This document shows, in pieces, positions 9,305 to 20,054 of a DNA stretch of 64,000 bases (positions are counted from its first letter, which is position 1; each line of letters starts with the position of its first letter). The notes under the pieces were generated by a model. It was not told the origin of the DNA, made no database searches, and saw nothing but the letters and a program-made list of their open reading frames with translations. The position numbers and the translations under genes were made by a program. The stretch is from Candidatus Poribacteria bacterium (GTDB lineage: Bacteria > Poribacteria > WGA-4E > PCPOR2b), in assembly GCA_965218095.1 (NCBI GenBank), contig OZ244587.1:1408001-1472000 (forward strand), read 5' to 3'.

Positions 9305-9934
9305 ATGAACAGACTTGCTCTCACTATCGCATCCCTGCTAATTGCAATTATATTCGTAGGGTGTTACACGCAGATTGGCTACTATGAACCACCACATCCA
9401 ACTCGAAAAACTTCCTATCATCGTCAAGATGATCAGCATCACCAAGAGGAAACCAAAGAGATCGAGGCTGAAGAAGAGGAAGAGGCGCAAGTTAAAGCAG
9501 AGGGCGAGCAGTCCGAAGCGGAGGACGAAGGGTATTACGGACACCACAACCCCACCTATGGCGATCACGACCTTTATTACCGCCCTTACTACTACGACTA
9601 CTATCCCCCCTATCCATATTATGGCGGCTATCACTCCCGCTATCCCTATTACGGGTATTACCACGATTCATATTATTCGTATTATGGACACGACTATCCT
9701 TATGGACATCACAGATACCGTTATCATCGGCATCACTACTCACGGCCCCGCTCCAAGATTGGTGATTTGCATTTTGGACGTCAACGCTCGCAAAGCCATC
9801 GGGGGGTCAGATCCGGTCAGCCATCGTTGAGGCGTCCGAGCAAATCAGCAGTAAATAGAGAATCCAGCCCTGCCCCCGCTCGCAGTTCATCGGGGTCACG
9901 GTACGACAGATCACGGAGATCTAGGAGGAGGTAA
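9305..9934 (+). CDS. Putative lipoprotein with Glu-rich, Tyr/His/Pro-rich and Arg/Ser-rich blocks
   Basis: Strong RBS (AAGGAG), signal peptide ending in lipobox-like FVGC, low-complexity mature region. Confidence 0.75.
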   Translation: MNRLALTIASLLIAIIFVGCYTQIGYYEPPHPTRKTSYHRQDDQHHQEETKEIEAEEEEEAQVKAEGEQSEAEDEGYYGHHNPTYGDHDLYYRPYYYDYYPPYPYYGGYHSRYPYYGYYHDSYYSYYGHDYPYGHHRYRYHRHHYSRPRSKIGDLHFGRQRSQSHRGVRSGQPSLRRPSKSAVNRESSPAPARSSSGSRYDRSRRSRRR

Positions 9935-9941
9935 GACGCAA

Positions 9942-11234
9942 ATGAGAAGATTGATGAGAATTACCATTGCTTTGGCGTTGATGTTCACCTGCTTTGTGTT
10001 TGGAAGCAAAGTCGGATTTGCACAGATAGAGGAAATTGCCCTCGGCAATACTTTCGGTCTTGGCGCAAGGGCAATGGGGATGGGTGGAGCGTTTCTCGGC
10101 ATCGCAGATGATTTCACGGCGCTCTACTGGAATCCGGCGGGGCTTGCCCAGATTAAGAAGTTCGAGTTATTTGGCGGCTTTTCGCACAGCGAGACAGATG
10201 TAGAAACGCAGTTCACCAGCGACCGTGTTACAAAAGCAGACAGATCAAAGACTCGTCCCAACGCGATCGGTTTAGTCTACCCTTTATACGCAGCTCGTGG
10301 CGGGGTTGCACTCGCACTGGGATATAATCGGCCGCAAAATTTTGATTCGGAGATTGCCATTAAAGGGCTTGATCCTTCTTCTGACCCTGTATTTGGTGGA
10401 TTTGATGTGGATGAAACGACCATCGACAAAGGCGGAATTGGTGCCTGGAGTTTTGGTGCCGGTGTATTTATATCAGAGAATATCCTGCTGGGTGGTTCAC
10501 TCGATTTCTGGTATGGGACGAGTTTCAACGAGTTGAATAATACTGCGAGGGACATCAACAACATCGATGCAGAAGTGAAACGGTTCGCCTTCCACGATAC
10601 CGTAGATCGGGAATATATGGGGCTCGGCGGTAGGGCAGGCATGCTTGCTTTCGCCGGGGAAAATGTTACATTTGGGTTGACTGTCACGCTCCCAATCAAT
10701 CTTGAAGTTGACGAAGTGTGGCGCCAGGAAACGGAAGTGACCTTCGACGATAGTGAAGTCGAAGTGGATGCGGATGAAGGGTCAACCCCTTTATTCGACA
10801 TTGAACGTCCGTTTGAGTTTGGTGGTGGGATTGCCCTCAAGCTCCTGGAGAAACGCCTGACCCTTGCAGGCGATGTTCAGTTCACAGACTGGACGCAATC
10901 CGAATATGATCCACGACCAGCAGAAGATGTCCCCAAGAACAACTTCGATCGGTTTTATGACAGCACTATCCAGATCCGCCTCGGTGCAGAGTATCGCATA
11001 CCGGAGATCGAAACCAGCGTGCGCGTCGGCTACTTCCGTGATCCGATTCCGTTCCAGAATAAGGAAATCGATAGCGATCGGGACTTTTTGACCATCGGCG
11101 TAGGCAAGATCTTTGATCGGGTTATCAAATTTGATATTGCCTACATGCGTGGTTCATGGGAACGATCAAGCAATTCACTGACAGAAGATCAGACTTCCCA
11201 TCGTGTGTTTCTGTCTGCGGCATATCGATATTGA
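9942..11234 (+). CDS. OmpP1/FadL-family outer-membrane beta-barrel
   Basis: Signal peptide, GARAMGMGGA...YWNPAGL hatch motif, C-terminal aromatic strand AAYRY. Confidence 0.88.
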   Translation: MRRLMRITIALALMFTCFVFGSKVGFAQIEEIALGNTFGLGARAMGMGGAFLGIADDFTALYWNPAGLAQIKKFELFGGFSHSETDVETQFTSDRVTKADRSKTRPNAIGLVYPLYAARGGVALALGYNRPQNFDSEIAIKGLDPSSDPVFGGFDVDETTIDKGGIGAWSFGAGVFISENILLGGSLDFWYGTSFNELNNTARDINNIDAEVKRFAFHDTVDREYMGLGGRAGMLAFAGENVTFGLTVTLPINLEVDEVWRQETEVTFDDSEVEVDADEGSTPLFDIERPFEFGGGIALKLLEKRLTLAGDVQFTDWTQSEYDPRPAEDVPKNNFDRFYDSTIQIRLGAEYRIPEIETSVRVGYFRDPIPFQNKEIDSDRDFLTIGVGKIFDRVIKFDIAYMRGSWERSSNSLTEDQTSHRVFLSAAYRY

Positions 11235-11283
11235 TGCCAATTCTGCCGGCGTGTACGAGTTTTTTTACGTCTCTCTTAGAAAT

Positions 11284-11326
11284 AAAAAAGGCGTTGATGA
11301 GGATTCTCTCAATCAACGCCTTTTTT
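11284..11326. terminator. Bidirectional intrinsic terminator between the fadL-like gene and rplQ
   Basis: AAAAAAGGCGTTGAT...ATCAACGCCTTTTTT. Confidence 0.85.
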
Positions 11327-11351
11327 AATCAACTTCTATGAACGTCCGCGC

Positions 11352-11705
11352 CTATTCCACCAACTGGATATAAGCCATCTGAGCGCCATCACCACGTCTC
11401 AACTCCCCCCTGATGATGCGCGTATACCCGCCATTCCGATCCCGATAGCGTGGGCCAAGTTCATCAAACAATTCCTGCAACACATAAGGATCGTGGATGA
11501 TTCGAGCTGCCTGCCGTCGCGCGTGTAAATCGCCTCGTTTTGCAAGCGTGATCAGCTTTTCAGCAACACGCCTCAGTTCTTTGCACTTCGGCAGCGTTGT
11601 GCGAATCTGTCCATGTTCAAATAGAGCTATCGCTTGGTTGCTGAACAATGCCTGACGATGGCTGCTGGTTCTGTTAAGTTTTTTTCCCGCTTTTCTATGA
11701 CGCAT
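11352..11705 (-). CDS. rplQ: 50S ribosomal protein L17
   Basis: MRHRKAGKKLNRTSSHR...GGYTRII. Confidence 0.97.
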   Translation of the reverse strand: MRHRKAGKKLNRTSSHRQALFSNQAIALFEHGQIRTTLPKCKELRRVAEKLITLAKRGDLHARRQAARIIHDPYVLQELFDELGPRYRDRNGGYTRIIRGELRRGDGAQMAYIQLVE

Positions 11706-11727
11706 TACTGCTCGTCCTTATCAAATT

Positions 11728-12702
11728 TTAAGCAACCTTTTCATCACCATTGAGGGTCATTCCTAAAGAAAGTCCCATACTCGCAAGAATATCCTTGATT
11801 TCGTTCAGGGATTTCCTGCCGAAGTTGCGAAACTTGAGCATCTCCTGTTCGGTTTTGATCACGAGGTCCCGGATGGTCGTAATCTTCGCGGCTTCCAGAC
11901 AATTTGCGGAACGTACCGAAAGTTCGAGCTCCGCAACCGGTTTCGATAAATATTTCTCGCGCTGGAGTTTTTCTTCATCAATCTCTTCGATAGGCTCAAC
12001 ATAAGTTTCATCGAAATCGCTAAATAGCCGTAACTGATCTAACAGAATATCTGCGGCTTGTGTAATTGCATCTTTCGCTGTGATGCTCGCATCCGTCCAC
12101 ACTTCTAAGATAAGCCGGTCGTAGTTCGTCATGTGTCCAACCCGTGTCTCTTCGACCAGGAAATTGACTTTTTTGACCGGTGAAAACTTGGAATCGAGAG
12201 GAATAACTCCGATTGGTTGATCGGGAGGCATATGTTCCTCTGCAAGTTCATACCCCCGTCCTCGACGAACCTGCATTTCGATGTTCCATCCATCACACTT
12301 ATCAAGTGTTGCAATATGTAGGTCTGGATTAATGACATCAACCTGTCCATTGGGTTGAATATCTGCCGCTGTAATCTTACCAGAGCCCTCCCCGAATAAG
12401 CGCAAGGTAATGATTTCGTCAGTATGCACTCTGAACCGAATCTCTTTGAGGTTAAGGAGGATCTGAGTGACATCCTCCCTCACGCCATCAATTGTTGAAA
12501 ACTCATGCTTCACACCATCAATAGCGATGGAGATAACAGCGGCCCCCTGAATTGAAGAAAGCAGAACGCGCCGAAGGGAGTTACCGATTGTAATTCCAAA
12601 CCCTTGTGCAAGCGGTTCAGCAATGAATTTCCCGTAATCCGGCTTTAAGGTATCCAAATCCGCAACAAGACGCTTTGGTTTGGTGATTTCCCACTCTGTC
12701 AT
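11728..12702 (-). CDS. rpoA: RNA polymerase alpha subunit
   Basis: [29 protein letters not shown]. Confidence 0.98.
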   Translation of the reverse strand: MTEWEITKPKRLVADLDTLKPDYGKFIAEPLAQGFGITIGNSLRRVLLSSIQGAAVISIAIDGVKHEFSTIDGVREDVTQILLNLKEIRFRVHTDEIITLRLFGEGSGKITAADIQPNGQVDVINPDLHIATLDKCDGWNIEMQVRRGRGYELAEEHMPPDQPIGVIPLDSKFSPVKKVNFLVEETRVGHMTNYDRLILEVWTDASITAKDAITQAADILLDQLRLFSDFDETYVEPIEEIDEEKLQREKYLSKPVAELELSVRSANCLEAAKITTIRDLVIKTEQEMLKFRNFGRKSLNEIKDILASMGLSLGMTLNGDEKVA

Positions 12703-12734
12703 CGATCTTATCTCCCTACATCAAAATGGCTGTG

Positions 12735-13361
12735 TTATCTGGAGTAAAGTTCAACGATTAACTGCGTTTCGAGGTCTGTAGCCAGTCGCTCTACGTTTGG
12801 AAATGCCCGAACAACTCCCTCTTGTTTGTCGGTGTTCAGCTCAAGCCACTCTGGCGTGCCCCTGTGCTGAGAACGTTCTAAGGCTTCTTGGATAACTGCC
12901 GCGTTGCGACTTTTCTCTCGCGTTTGAATAACATCACCAATTTTTATCAGAAAAGAGGGAATGTTGACTCGTTTTCCATTTACAAGGAAGTGGTTGTGTG
13001 TCACGAGTTGTCGAGCCTGCCGGCGTGAATTGGCGAACCCTAAACGGTACACCGCGTTATCCAACCGACGCTCCAATAATATAAGCAGATTTTCCCTCAC
13101 AACCCCTTTTTGGCGCGCCGCCATCGTATAGTAATTTTTAAATGGCTTTTCAAAAACGCTATAGATACGCTTTGATTTCTGCTTTGCACGCAATTGGCAC
13201 CCATAGTCTTTTACTTTCGGCAGTTTTTGACCATGTTGACCAGGCGGATAACTCCGACGCTCAAATGAACACTTCGGGGAATCACAACGTTGTCCCTTCA
13301 AAAAGAGCTTTTCCCCTTCTCTTCGGCATAGCTTGCACACAGATCCTAAATATTTGCTCAT
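12735..13361 (-). CDS. rpsD: 30S ribosomal protein S4 (Cys/Zn type)
   Basis: CKLCRREG...PPGQHG...LERRLDN. Confidence 0.97.
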   Translation of the reverse strand: MSKYLGSVCKLCRREGEKLFLKGQRCDSPKCSFERRSYPPGQHGQKLPKVKDYGCQLRAKQKSKRIYSVFEKPFKNYYTMAARQKGVVRENLLILLERRLDNAVYRLGFANSRRQARQLVTHNHFLVNGKRVNIPSFLIKIGDVIQTREKSRNAAVIQEALERSQHRGTPEWLELNTDKQEGVVRAFPNVERLATDLETQLIVELYSR

Positions 13362-13420
13362 GCTTTTCTGGTTAAATCTGGACCATTTCCTCCTTTCTCA
13401 AACTAACCAATCTCTAAAAA

Positions 13421-13813
13421 TCAAACACGACGACGTTTGGGTGGTCGACAACCATTATGAGGAATTGGAGTTACATCTTTCATTGAGGTAATTTCCAGTC
13501 CAGCAGCAGAGAGAGATCGAATTGCCGACTCTCTTCCAGAGCCTGGTCCCTTGACCCTTACCTCAACACGCCTCATCCCACGCTCCATCGCTTTCTTTGC
13601 ACACACTTCTGCGGTCTGCTGTGCCGCAAATGGCGTAGATTTTCGTGAACCACGGAAATTCGTTCCGGCGCTCACCCACGCAATCACATCCCCGTTTGGA
13701 TCAGTGATGGTAACAATCGTATTGTTAAAAGTCGCTTGAATGTGAGCGATCCCCTCGGGGACATCCTTTTTTTCTCTTCTCTTCGGTCGACTAGAAGCAC
13801 TAGATCCTTGCAA
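13421..13813 (-). CDS. rpsK: 30S ribosomal protein S11
   Basis: [26 protein letters not shown]; TTG start chosen after AAGGAG. Confidence 0.96.
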   Translation of the reverse strand: MQGSSASSRPKRREKKDVPEGIAHIQATFNNTIVTITDPNGDVIAWVSAGTNFRGSRKSTPFAAQQTAEVCAKKAMERGMRRVEVRVKGPGSGRESAIRSLSAAGLEITSMKDVTPIPHNGCRPPKRRRV

Positions 13814-13845
13814 GAGCAATCTCCTTTCTAATGACACAAACAGTA

Positions 13846-14241
13846 TTACCCACCTTTACGCGCAGCTTCTTTTGCCTTTCTTCCAACTGAAATGGTTTTG
13901 GCTTTTCCTTTGCGCGTTCGGGCATTAGTGCTCGTTCGTTGCCCGCGGGCAGGCAACTGCCGACGATGGCGAAACCCACGATAACTATTGATGTCCATCA
14001 ACCGTTTGAGATTCAACTCAACTTCGCGCCTTAAATCCCCTTCAACTTTGTAGTCTCGGTTGATTGTCTCTCTTAATCGGCTGATTTCCGCCTCATCTAG
14101 ATCTTGCGCTTTTTTGGCGGAATCGATTTGTAAATCTTCCACCATCTTCGATGCGTTATATCGCCCGATCCCATCAATATATGTCAGGGCAATATCGATT
14201 CTTTTATTTCGGGGTAAATCAACACCAGCAATTCTTGCCAT
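13846..14241 (-). CDS. rpsM: 30S ribosomal protein S13
   Basis: [10 protein letters not shown]...[12 protein letters not shown]. Confidence 0.97.
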   Translation of the reverse strand: MARIAGVDLPRNKRIDIALTYIDGIGRYNASKMVEDLQIDSAKKAQDLDEAEISRLRETINRDYKVEGDLRREVELNLKRLMDINSYRGFRHRRQLPARGQRTSTNARTRKGKAKTISVGRKAKEAARKGG

Positions 14242-14290
14242 GCCTTTTCCTCCTAACTTCTCATATTGTGCGTGAAAACAAATAAATCAC

Positions 14291-14407
14291 CTATCCTTGT
14301 CTTTGCTTATGTTTTGGACTCGCCGGACAAATGACACGGACGACGCCTTTTCTTTTGATGATCTTACATCGGTTACACATTTTCTTAACTGAGGCACGAA
14401 CTTTCAT
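14291..14407 (-). CDS. rpmJ: 50S ribosomal protein L36 (not in ORF track)
   Basis: Manual translation [38 protein letters not shown]; GAGGAG RBS. Confidence 0.97.
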   Translation of the reverse strand: MKVRASVKKMCNRCKIIKRKGVVRVICPASPKHKQRQG

Positions 14408-14462
14408 CATTTCTCCTCGCATTCCCAGGGACTATGGGAGAACGCAGTAGTTGTCGAAAAAT

Positions 14463-15803
14463 CTATCTTGAACGGCGCCCCTTCACACGCCTATCCTTCA
14501 GAAATCCTTCATAATGCCGCATCGTCAAATAGGATTCAATTTGCGATACTGTATCTAATACGACCCCGACAACAATTAAGATAGAAGCGCCGCTAATCAA
14601 TGCGCCGGTACCCAGCCATCCCTGCAAAAGTAAAGGGAAAACAGCAATTCCAGCAAGGAAAAGTGCGCCAGGTAAAGTAATCCTAGTTAAAGTATCATTG
14701 ATGTAGTCTGCGGTCTTCTTGCCGGGACGAATTCCCGGAATAAAACCGCCGTATTTCCTCAGATCGTCAGCCATCTGTACAGGATTAATCTGAACGGCGG
14801 TATAGAAGTAGGTGAAGCCTATAATCAAAAGTGCGTAGGTCACCCAGTATAAGGGACTGCCCGGGCTGATAGCGGCTTGTAGGCCCAAAACCCATCCCCA
14901 CGTTTGCGGCAAAAAGCCTAAAACTGTTGAAGGAAATTGCATCAACGTGACAGCAAAAATAATCGGAATCATACCGGCTGCATTGACACGTAAAGGAATA
15001 TGCGTTGCTTGTCCACCAAGCACTTTACGCCCGACAACTCGCCGTGCATATTGAACGGGCAGCTTGCGAACAGAAAGGGTAATATACACCGTTCCCATAA
15101 TAGCCACAACACCTAAAGCCACGAAGACAACCAATTGTGGAAGTCCCAAGCTGGGATCACTGAGTAAACGGTTGAATAGCGTAGAAACGCCGCCCGGCAT
15201 ACCTGCGAGGATGCCCACGGTAATGATCAACGAAATCCCCTGACCGATCCCCCGTTCTGTAATCTGTTCACCAAGCCACATCACGAAAGATGTTCCGGCC
15301 ATCAGGGTGAGCATGGTTAGCAAGGTCCACCAAATGTTTGACAGATGAGCCGGAACAATGTCTACATCAACCCCAAGGTTTCTGGGATTGCGCAGCAGAA
15401 AACTAATCCCGAGTCCCTGGACAGCACTGAGAATAACGGTGGCGTAGCGGGTGTATTGCGTAATCTTTTTCCGGCCGTCTGGCTCTTTAGAAAGTTTCTC
15501 AAGGTAGGGGATAACAACCGCCATGAGCTGCATGATGATCGAAGCGCTGATATACGGCTGGATACCGAGTGCAAAGATCGTCATGTTTTTGAATGCGCCA
15601 CCCGAGAAGAGATTGACAAAATCAATCATGTTTCCGCCGGGCCGATCTTTTAACGTGTCAAAGAATTGTTCTAAGGCGACATCATCAATTCCGGGGATTG
15701 TGATATGTGCACCCAATCGATAAACAATCAACAACATAGCCGTAAAGATAATTCTCTGCCGCAGCTCTGGAATTTTGAAAGCGTTCTGAAATGCCTTAAT
15801 CAC
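14463..15803 (-). CDS. secY: Preprotein translocase SecY
   Basis: FALGIQPYISASII, WLGEQITERGIG, GGFIPGIRPG. Confidence 0.98.
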   Translation of the reverse strand: MIKAFQNAFKIPELRQRIIFTAMLLIVYRLGAHITIPGIDDVALEQFFDTLKDRPGGNMIDFVNLFSGGAFKNMTIFALGIQPYISASIIMQLMAVVIPYLEKLSKEPDGRKKITQYTRYATVILSAVQGLGISFLLRNPRNLGVDVDIVPAHLSNIWWTLLTMLTLMAGTSFVMWLGEQITERGIGQGISLIITVGILAGMPGGVSTLFNRLLSDPSLGLPQLVVFVALGVVAIMGTVYITLSVRKLPVQYARRVVGRKVLGGQATHIPLRVNAAGMIPIIFAVTLMQFPSTVLGFLPQTWGWVLGLQAAISPGSPLYWVTYALLIIGFTYFYTAVQINPVQMADDLRKYGGFIPGIRPGKKTADYINDTLTRITLPGALFLAGIAVFPLLLQGWLGTGALISGASILIVVGVVLDTVSQIESYLTMRHYEGFLKDRRVKGRRSR

Positions 15804-16250
15804 TTAGATTACCTCAGCTTTACCACCTATCGATTCTATCTTTTCAACAGCGGAGTTTGAAAATCGGTGTCCCTGTACCGTTAATTGTTTTTCGAGATTA
15901 CCTTCTCCAAGAATCTTGATCTTCGCATTTTTCTTTTTTATAATTCCAGCTTCTCGTAAAATCTCAGGGGTAATTGTCGTCCCACTGTCAAAACGATTCA
16001 GCGTCTTGATGTTCACCACATCATACTCGATCCGTTTATGTGCGATTCTTCTCGGACCACGCTTGGGCAAGCGCCTTACTAATGGCATCTGTCCCCCTTC
16101 AAACCAGGCGGGAATCGACCTGCCAGACCTGGATTTCTGCCCCTTGTGACCACGACCACAGGTTTTGCCCCAACCTGAACTCTCCCCACGTCCAACCCGC
16201 TTCTTGGCGTGCGTTGAGTTTTTTGCAGGCTTGAGTTCGTTTAGTTTCAT
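15804..16250 (-). CDS. rplO: 50S ribosomal protein L15
   Basis: RVGRG..SG.GKTCGRGHKGQ, FEGGQMPL. Confidence 0.97.
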   Translation of the reverse strand: MKLNELKPAKNSTHAKKRVGRGESSGWGKTCGRGHKGQKSRSGRSIPAWFEGGQMPLVRRLPKRGPRRIAHKRIEYDVVNIKTLNRFDSGTTITPEILREAGIIKKKNAKIKILGEGNLEKQLTVQGHRFSNSAVEKIESIGGKAEVI

Positions 16251-16296
16251 CAGTATTCTACTCCATTTTATCCACTGTCAATTGGCGATGATTTTT

Positions 16297-16327
16297 AACC
16301 TTCCGAAGGTTTTAAACCTTCGAAAGG
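16297..16327. repeat. Nested palindrome of the ~33-bp family in the rpsE-rplO spacer
   Basis: AACCTTCCGAAGGTTTTAAACCTTCGAAAGG. Confidence 0.8.
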
Positions 16328-16368
16328 ATTCGATGGAAACTGGGTCTGAAACTGAGAATGTCGCCTTC

Positions 16369-16872
16369 TCAGTTTAACAGTTCCTCAACTGTTTTTCCGC
16401 GGAGGCGAGCCACTTCGTTAATGTCTTTTAGATCTCTCAGGGCTTTCATGGTAGCTTCTGCTGTATTTTTTACATTTCTGGATCCAAGTCGTTTGGTCAA
16501 TACATCTTGAACACCGGCAAACTCCAGAATTACTCTTGTTGCAATTCCAGCGATAATCCCTGTGCCAGGACTAGCAGGCTTAAGCAGAACCTTTGCCCCT
16601 CCATATTTACCTATCATTTCATGGGGAATTGTATTTCCTGATAAAGGGATACGAATCAGGTTTTTTTTCGCATCAGCAATACTTTTACCGATTGCTGATG
16701 GAATCTCGTTTGCGCTTCCAAATCCAAGCCCAACAATCCCTGCTCGGTCTCCGACGACGGAAAGTGCATTAAAGCTTGGTGTTCGTCCCCCTTTGCGCAC
16801 ACGCATCACGCGGTTGATATCGATTGGACGTTCCTCAAATTCAAACTCGTCCGGGTTAATTCTTTCCCTCAA
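16369..16872 (-). CDS. rpsE: 30S ribosomal protein S5
   Basis: INRV...KGGR, VVGD, PASPGTGIIAG; TTG start chosen after AAGGAG. Confidence 0.96.
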   Translation of the reverse strand: MRERINPDEFEFEERPIDINRVMRVRKGGRTPSFNALSVVGDRAGIVGLGFGSANEIPSAIGKSIADAKKNLIRIPLSGNTIPHEMIGKYGGAKVLLKPASPGTGIIAGIATRVILEFAGVQDVLTKRLGSRNVKNTAEATMKALRDLKDINEVARLRGKTVEELLN

Positions 16873-16952
16873 AAGCAAGTCTCCTTCACGATGAAATGCC
16901 CAGTTTATTTCCAAACGCGCTTATCATATAACCCCTCAAATAGCTAGCTGTT

Positions 16953-17321
16953 TCAAAACCGGAGGCCCTCTTCCCTGACAGCCTCCGCAAGTGCTTTAAT
17001 TCTTCCATGATAGAGGTTTCCACCACGATCAAATACAACTGATTCAATCCGATGTTCTTTTGCTTTGCGACCAATCAGTGTTCCCACTTGTTGAGCCGCG
17101 TTGGCATTGCCTCCTGTTGGAAGGCTGCTTTTCAACTCTGGCGATAAGGTTGATGCCGCAGCAAGCGTGTTACCTGTTTCGTCATCAATAATCTGCGCGT
17201 AAATATGCTTTAGACTTCTATAAACAGAAAGTCTTGGGCTTTGATTTGTACCTGTAATTTTTTTGCGGATTCGCTTTTTTCGCTTATTCCGAGCAATAGA
17301 TTTCCTCTTTAATCGATCCAA
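16953..17321 (-). CDS. rplR: 50S ribosomal protein L18
   Basis: [24 protein letters not shown]; TTG start after GGAGG. Confidence 0.96.
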   Translation of the reverse strand: MDRLKRKSIARNKRKKRIRKKITGTNQSPRLSVYRSLKHIYAQIIDDETGNTLAAASTLSPELKSSLPTGGNANAAQQVGTLIGRKAKEHRIESVVFDRGGNLYHGRIKALAEAVREEGLRF

Positions 17322-17407
17322 CGATTGCCCTCCAACAGATGATAGAAAAAGAATTAACAAATAAAATCATGGTCAATTCCGGCTTGCCGACCTATTAAAT
17401 CACCGCA

Positions 17408-17974
17408 TTACACGCCAGTTTTACCTTCCTTCATACGGACGCGCTCATCTTCGTAACGGATGCCTTTAGAAGGTTCGTAGACTTCAGGTTTTTTGATCTG
17501 ACGAATTGAAGCGGCGACTTGCCCAACAAGTGCTTTGTCAATGCCACTAACGGTTATTGGGGTATGAGGTTGTCCACCCACAGTTTCAGAATTCCCAACA
17601 CTCAGTGTGATGCCATCGGGCGGCGGATAAGTTACAGGATGAGAATATCCGACATTTAAGACCAAACGACTCTGGGGATCTATTTGTGCGCGATATCCCA
17701 TTCCAACAAGGATGAGCTTTTTTTCAAAACCTTCAGTAACGCCCGTCACCATATTCGCAATAAGGCTTCGAGTCAGCCCATGTAGCGATCTATGTGACTT
17801 TTGATTGCTCAACCTTTCAATCGTGACCAATCCGCCAGCTAAGTTAACCTCTATCCCGCCGGGAATGGTCCAATTCAAACGGCCCTTGGGACCTTCAACA
17901 GTAATATCTCTTTCGTCCAGAACCACCTTAGCGTTTGAAGGCACCTTAATCGGCATCTGTCCTATTCGCGACAT
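17408..17974 (-). CDS. rplF: 50S ribosomal protein L6
   Basis: MSRIG, GPKG, GMGYRA, KGIRY. Confidence 0.97.
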   Translation of the reverse strand: MSRIGQMPIKVPSNAKVVLDERDITVEGPKGRLNWTIPGGIEVNLAGGLVTIERLSNQKSHRSLHGLTRSLIANMVTGVTEGFEKKLILVGMGYRAQIDPQSRLVLNVGYSHPVTYPPPDGITLSVGNSETVGGQPHTPITVSGIDKALVGQVAASIRQIKKPEVYEPSKGIRYEDERVRMKEGKTGV

Positions 17975-18008
17975 TGTACTCGTCTCCGGAATTCAACAAA
18001 AGTTGAGA

Positions 18009-18407
18009 TTACCAAACATAACAGAGGACCTCACCGCCTATGTTGGCTTTTCGACATTCAGATGCCGTTTTCACACCTCGAGAGGTTGACAACAGAGCAA
18101 TTCCTAAATTGCCATACACGCGAGGTAACTGATCCGCTCTCACGTATACCCGCCGTCCCGGCTTGCTAATTCGCTTCAGTCCGGTAATAACCCGTTCTCT
18201 GTTTTCTCCATACTTCAAATAAATCCGCAAGATACCTTGTTTCCGATCATCAATCCAGCGATAGTTGCGGATATACCCCTCTTCATGTAAGGTACGAGTG
18301 AGCTCCATTTTTAATTTTGATGCGGGTATTTCAACACGCTCATGTCCAACCATATTCGCGTTGCGGATGCGGGTTAACATATCTGCAATCGGATCTGTCA
18401 TAGACAT
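18009..18407 (-). CDS. rpsH: 30S ribosomal protein S8
   Basis: [16 protein letters not shown]...SKPGRRVY...GGEVLCYVW. Confidence 0.97.
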   Translation of the reverse strand: MSMTDPIADMLTRIRNANMVGHERVEIPASKLKMELTRTLHEEGYIRNYRWIDDRKQGILRIYLKYGENRERVITGLKRISKPGRRVYVRADQLPRVYGNLGIALLSTSRGVKTASECRKANIGGEVLCYVW

Positions 18408-18421
18408 GTAATTCTTCTCCT

Positions 18422-18607
18422 TTACCAACTTGCCTTTGTTACTCCGGGAATTTTCCCGCTTCTGGCGAATAGACGAAAACAAATCCGGCAAAGCTGAAAT
18501 TGACGCAGGTAACTGCGGGCACGTCCACAGTGGCGACAACGATTATATTTTCGTGTCCGAAATTTCGGAGTTCTCTTCTGTTTAGCAATGAGTGCTTTTG
18601 TTGCCAA
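18422..18607 (-). CDS. rpsZ: 30S ribosomal protein S14, Zn-binding 61-aa type
   Basis: RCRHCGR...LCRIC...PGVTKASW. Confidence 0.96.
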   Translation of the reverse strand: MATKALIAKQKRTPKFRTRKYNRCRHCGRARSYLRQFQLCRICFRLFARSGKIPGVTKASW

Positions 18608-18669
18608 CTTAATTTCTCCTTTCCTTCTACTAGTTAAGGAAAAAGCAGGAAAATCGGAGGTGAGTCGGT

Positions 18670-19209
18670 CTATTCTCTGAACGGCATTCCCATGAGACGT
18701 AATAACTCTCGCCCTTCCTCATCAGTTGGGGCCGTTGTTACGATAGTAACATTTAATCCCCGAACTTCGCTCATTGTATCGTAATCAATCTCCGGGAAAA
18801 TTACCTGTTCCTGCAGGCCTAAGGAATAATTACCACGGCCATCAAAAGCATCAGGGGAAAGACCACGAAAGTCACGAATCTGCGGAAGAACAGCATTGAC
18901 TAGTTTATTAAAAAATTCATACAGTTGGTCCTGCCGCAAAGTTGCTTTACAACCGATAGCCATACCGGCGCGAACCTTAAAGGCGGCCACAGATTTTTTG
19001 GCGCGAGTAATAACGGCACGTTGACCAGCTATTTGCGTCAGTTCGTCAACTGCATTATCCAAAAGTTTCGAATCTTGTGTTGCCGCACCGACTCCTATAT
19101 TCAGGGTTATCTTTTCAAGTTTTGGAACCTGCATGACATTCGGATAATTGAAACGTTGTCGCAATGCAGGGAATACCTCTTCTTGATAGAGAGTTTTAAA
19201 TGGGCTCAT
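18670..19209 (-). CDS. rplE: 50S ribosomal protein L5
   Basis: VPKLEKI, RDFRG, FDGRGNY. Confidence 0.97.
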   Translation of the reverse strand: MSPFKTLYQEEVFPALRQRFNYPNVMQVPKLEKITLNIGVGAATQDSKLLDNAVDELTQIAGQRAVITRAKKSVAAFKVRAGMAIGCKATLRQDQLYEFFNKLVNAVLPQIRDFRGLSPDAFDGRGNYSLGLQEQVIFPEIDYDTMSEVRGLNVTIVTTAPTDEEGRELLRLMGMPFRE

Positions 19210-19274
19210 TAATCCTTACCTAACCATATAGTAGAATTCTGTTGAAATCGGAGTCACGCCCAACCCATTCTCAA

Positions 19275-19634
19275 TTAATCGCGCTCGGCATCCTCACCAC
19301 ATTTCTTGCACACGCGCCCACGGTATTTCTTCGTTCGGGTCCCAACTTCCTTTTCAATGACTCGACGTCTTATTCGAGTAGGAGTGTTACATCTCGGGCA
19401 AATGAGCTTTAAGTTGGAAATGTGAATAGTCCCTTCCTTTTCGACAATGCCACCCTGCGGTATCTGAGGATTTGGACGTGCGTGCCTCTTAATCATGTTG
19501 ATTCCTTCAACAATTGCGCGATTTTTTCGCGGAAGGATTTCCAGAATGACTCCGCTTTTGCCCTTATCCTTTCCACTTAAGACTAACACGAGGTCGTTCT
19601 TTCTGACATGCAATTTTCTCTGCAACGGTGCCAC
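19275..19634 (-). CDS. rplX: 50S ribosomal protein L24
   Basis: GKDKGK KOW motif, IHISN, CPRC...CKKC. Confidence 0.96.
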   Translation of the reverse strand: MAPLQRKLHVRKNDLVLVLSGKDKGKSGVILEILPRKNRAIVEGINMIKRHARPNPQIPQGGIVEKEGTIHISNLKLICPRCNTPTRIRRRVIEKEVGTRTKKYRGRVCKKCGEDAERD

Positions 19635-19646
19635 CTCCAGTTATGC

Positions 19647-20015
19647 CTAAATGACCTCAGGCGCCAGGGAGACGATTCGTGTAAATTCCTTTTCTCTGAG
19701 CTCACGAGCAACAGGACCAAAAATACGTGTTCCACGAGGCTGGTTTTGCAGATCGATTAAAACGGCAGCATTCTTATCGAATTTGATATAAGAACCATCA
19801 GGTCTGCGATATTCTTTGGTCGCACGCACCACGACAGCTCGTACGACGTCTCCCTTCTTAACCTGGCCATTTGGGCTGGCTTCTTTCACACTTGCTACAA
19901 TCACATCGCCGATTCGTGCGTAACGTCTCCGACTCCCACCAAGCACCCGAATACACATGAGTCGCTTTGCCCCTGTATTATCGGCGCAGGTCAATATGGT
20001 GTATGCTTGGACCAT
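19647..20015 (-). CDS. rplN: 50S ribosomal protein L14
   Basis: [19 protein letters not shown]. Confidence 0.98.
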   Translation of the reverse strand: MVQAYTILTCADNTGAKRLMCIRVLGGSRRRYARIGDVIVASVKEASPNGQVKKGDVVRAVVVRATKEYRRPDGSYIKFDKNAAVLIDLQNQPRGTRIFGPVARELREKEFTRIVSLAPEVI

Positions 20016-20054
20016 TACTGTATCCTTCCCGATTGCTTTCTAAAAATCTTCGCC

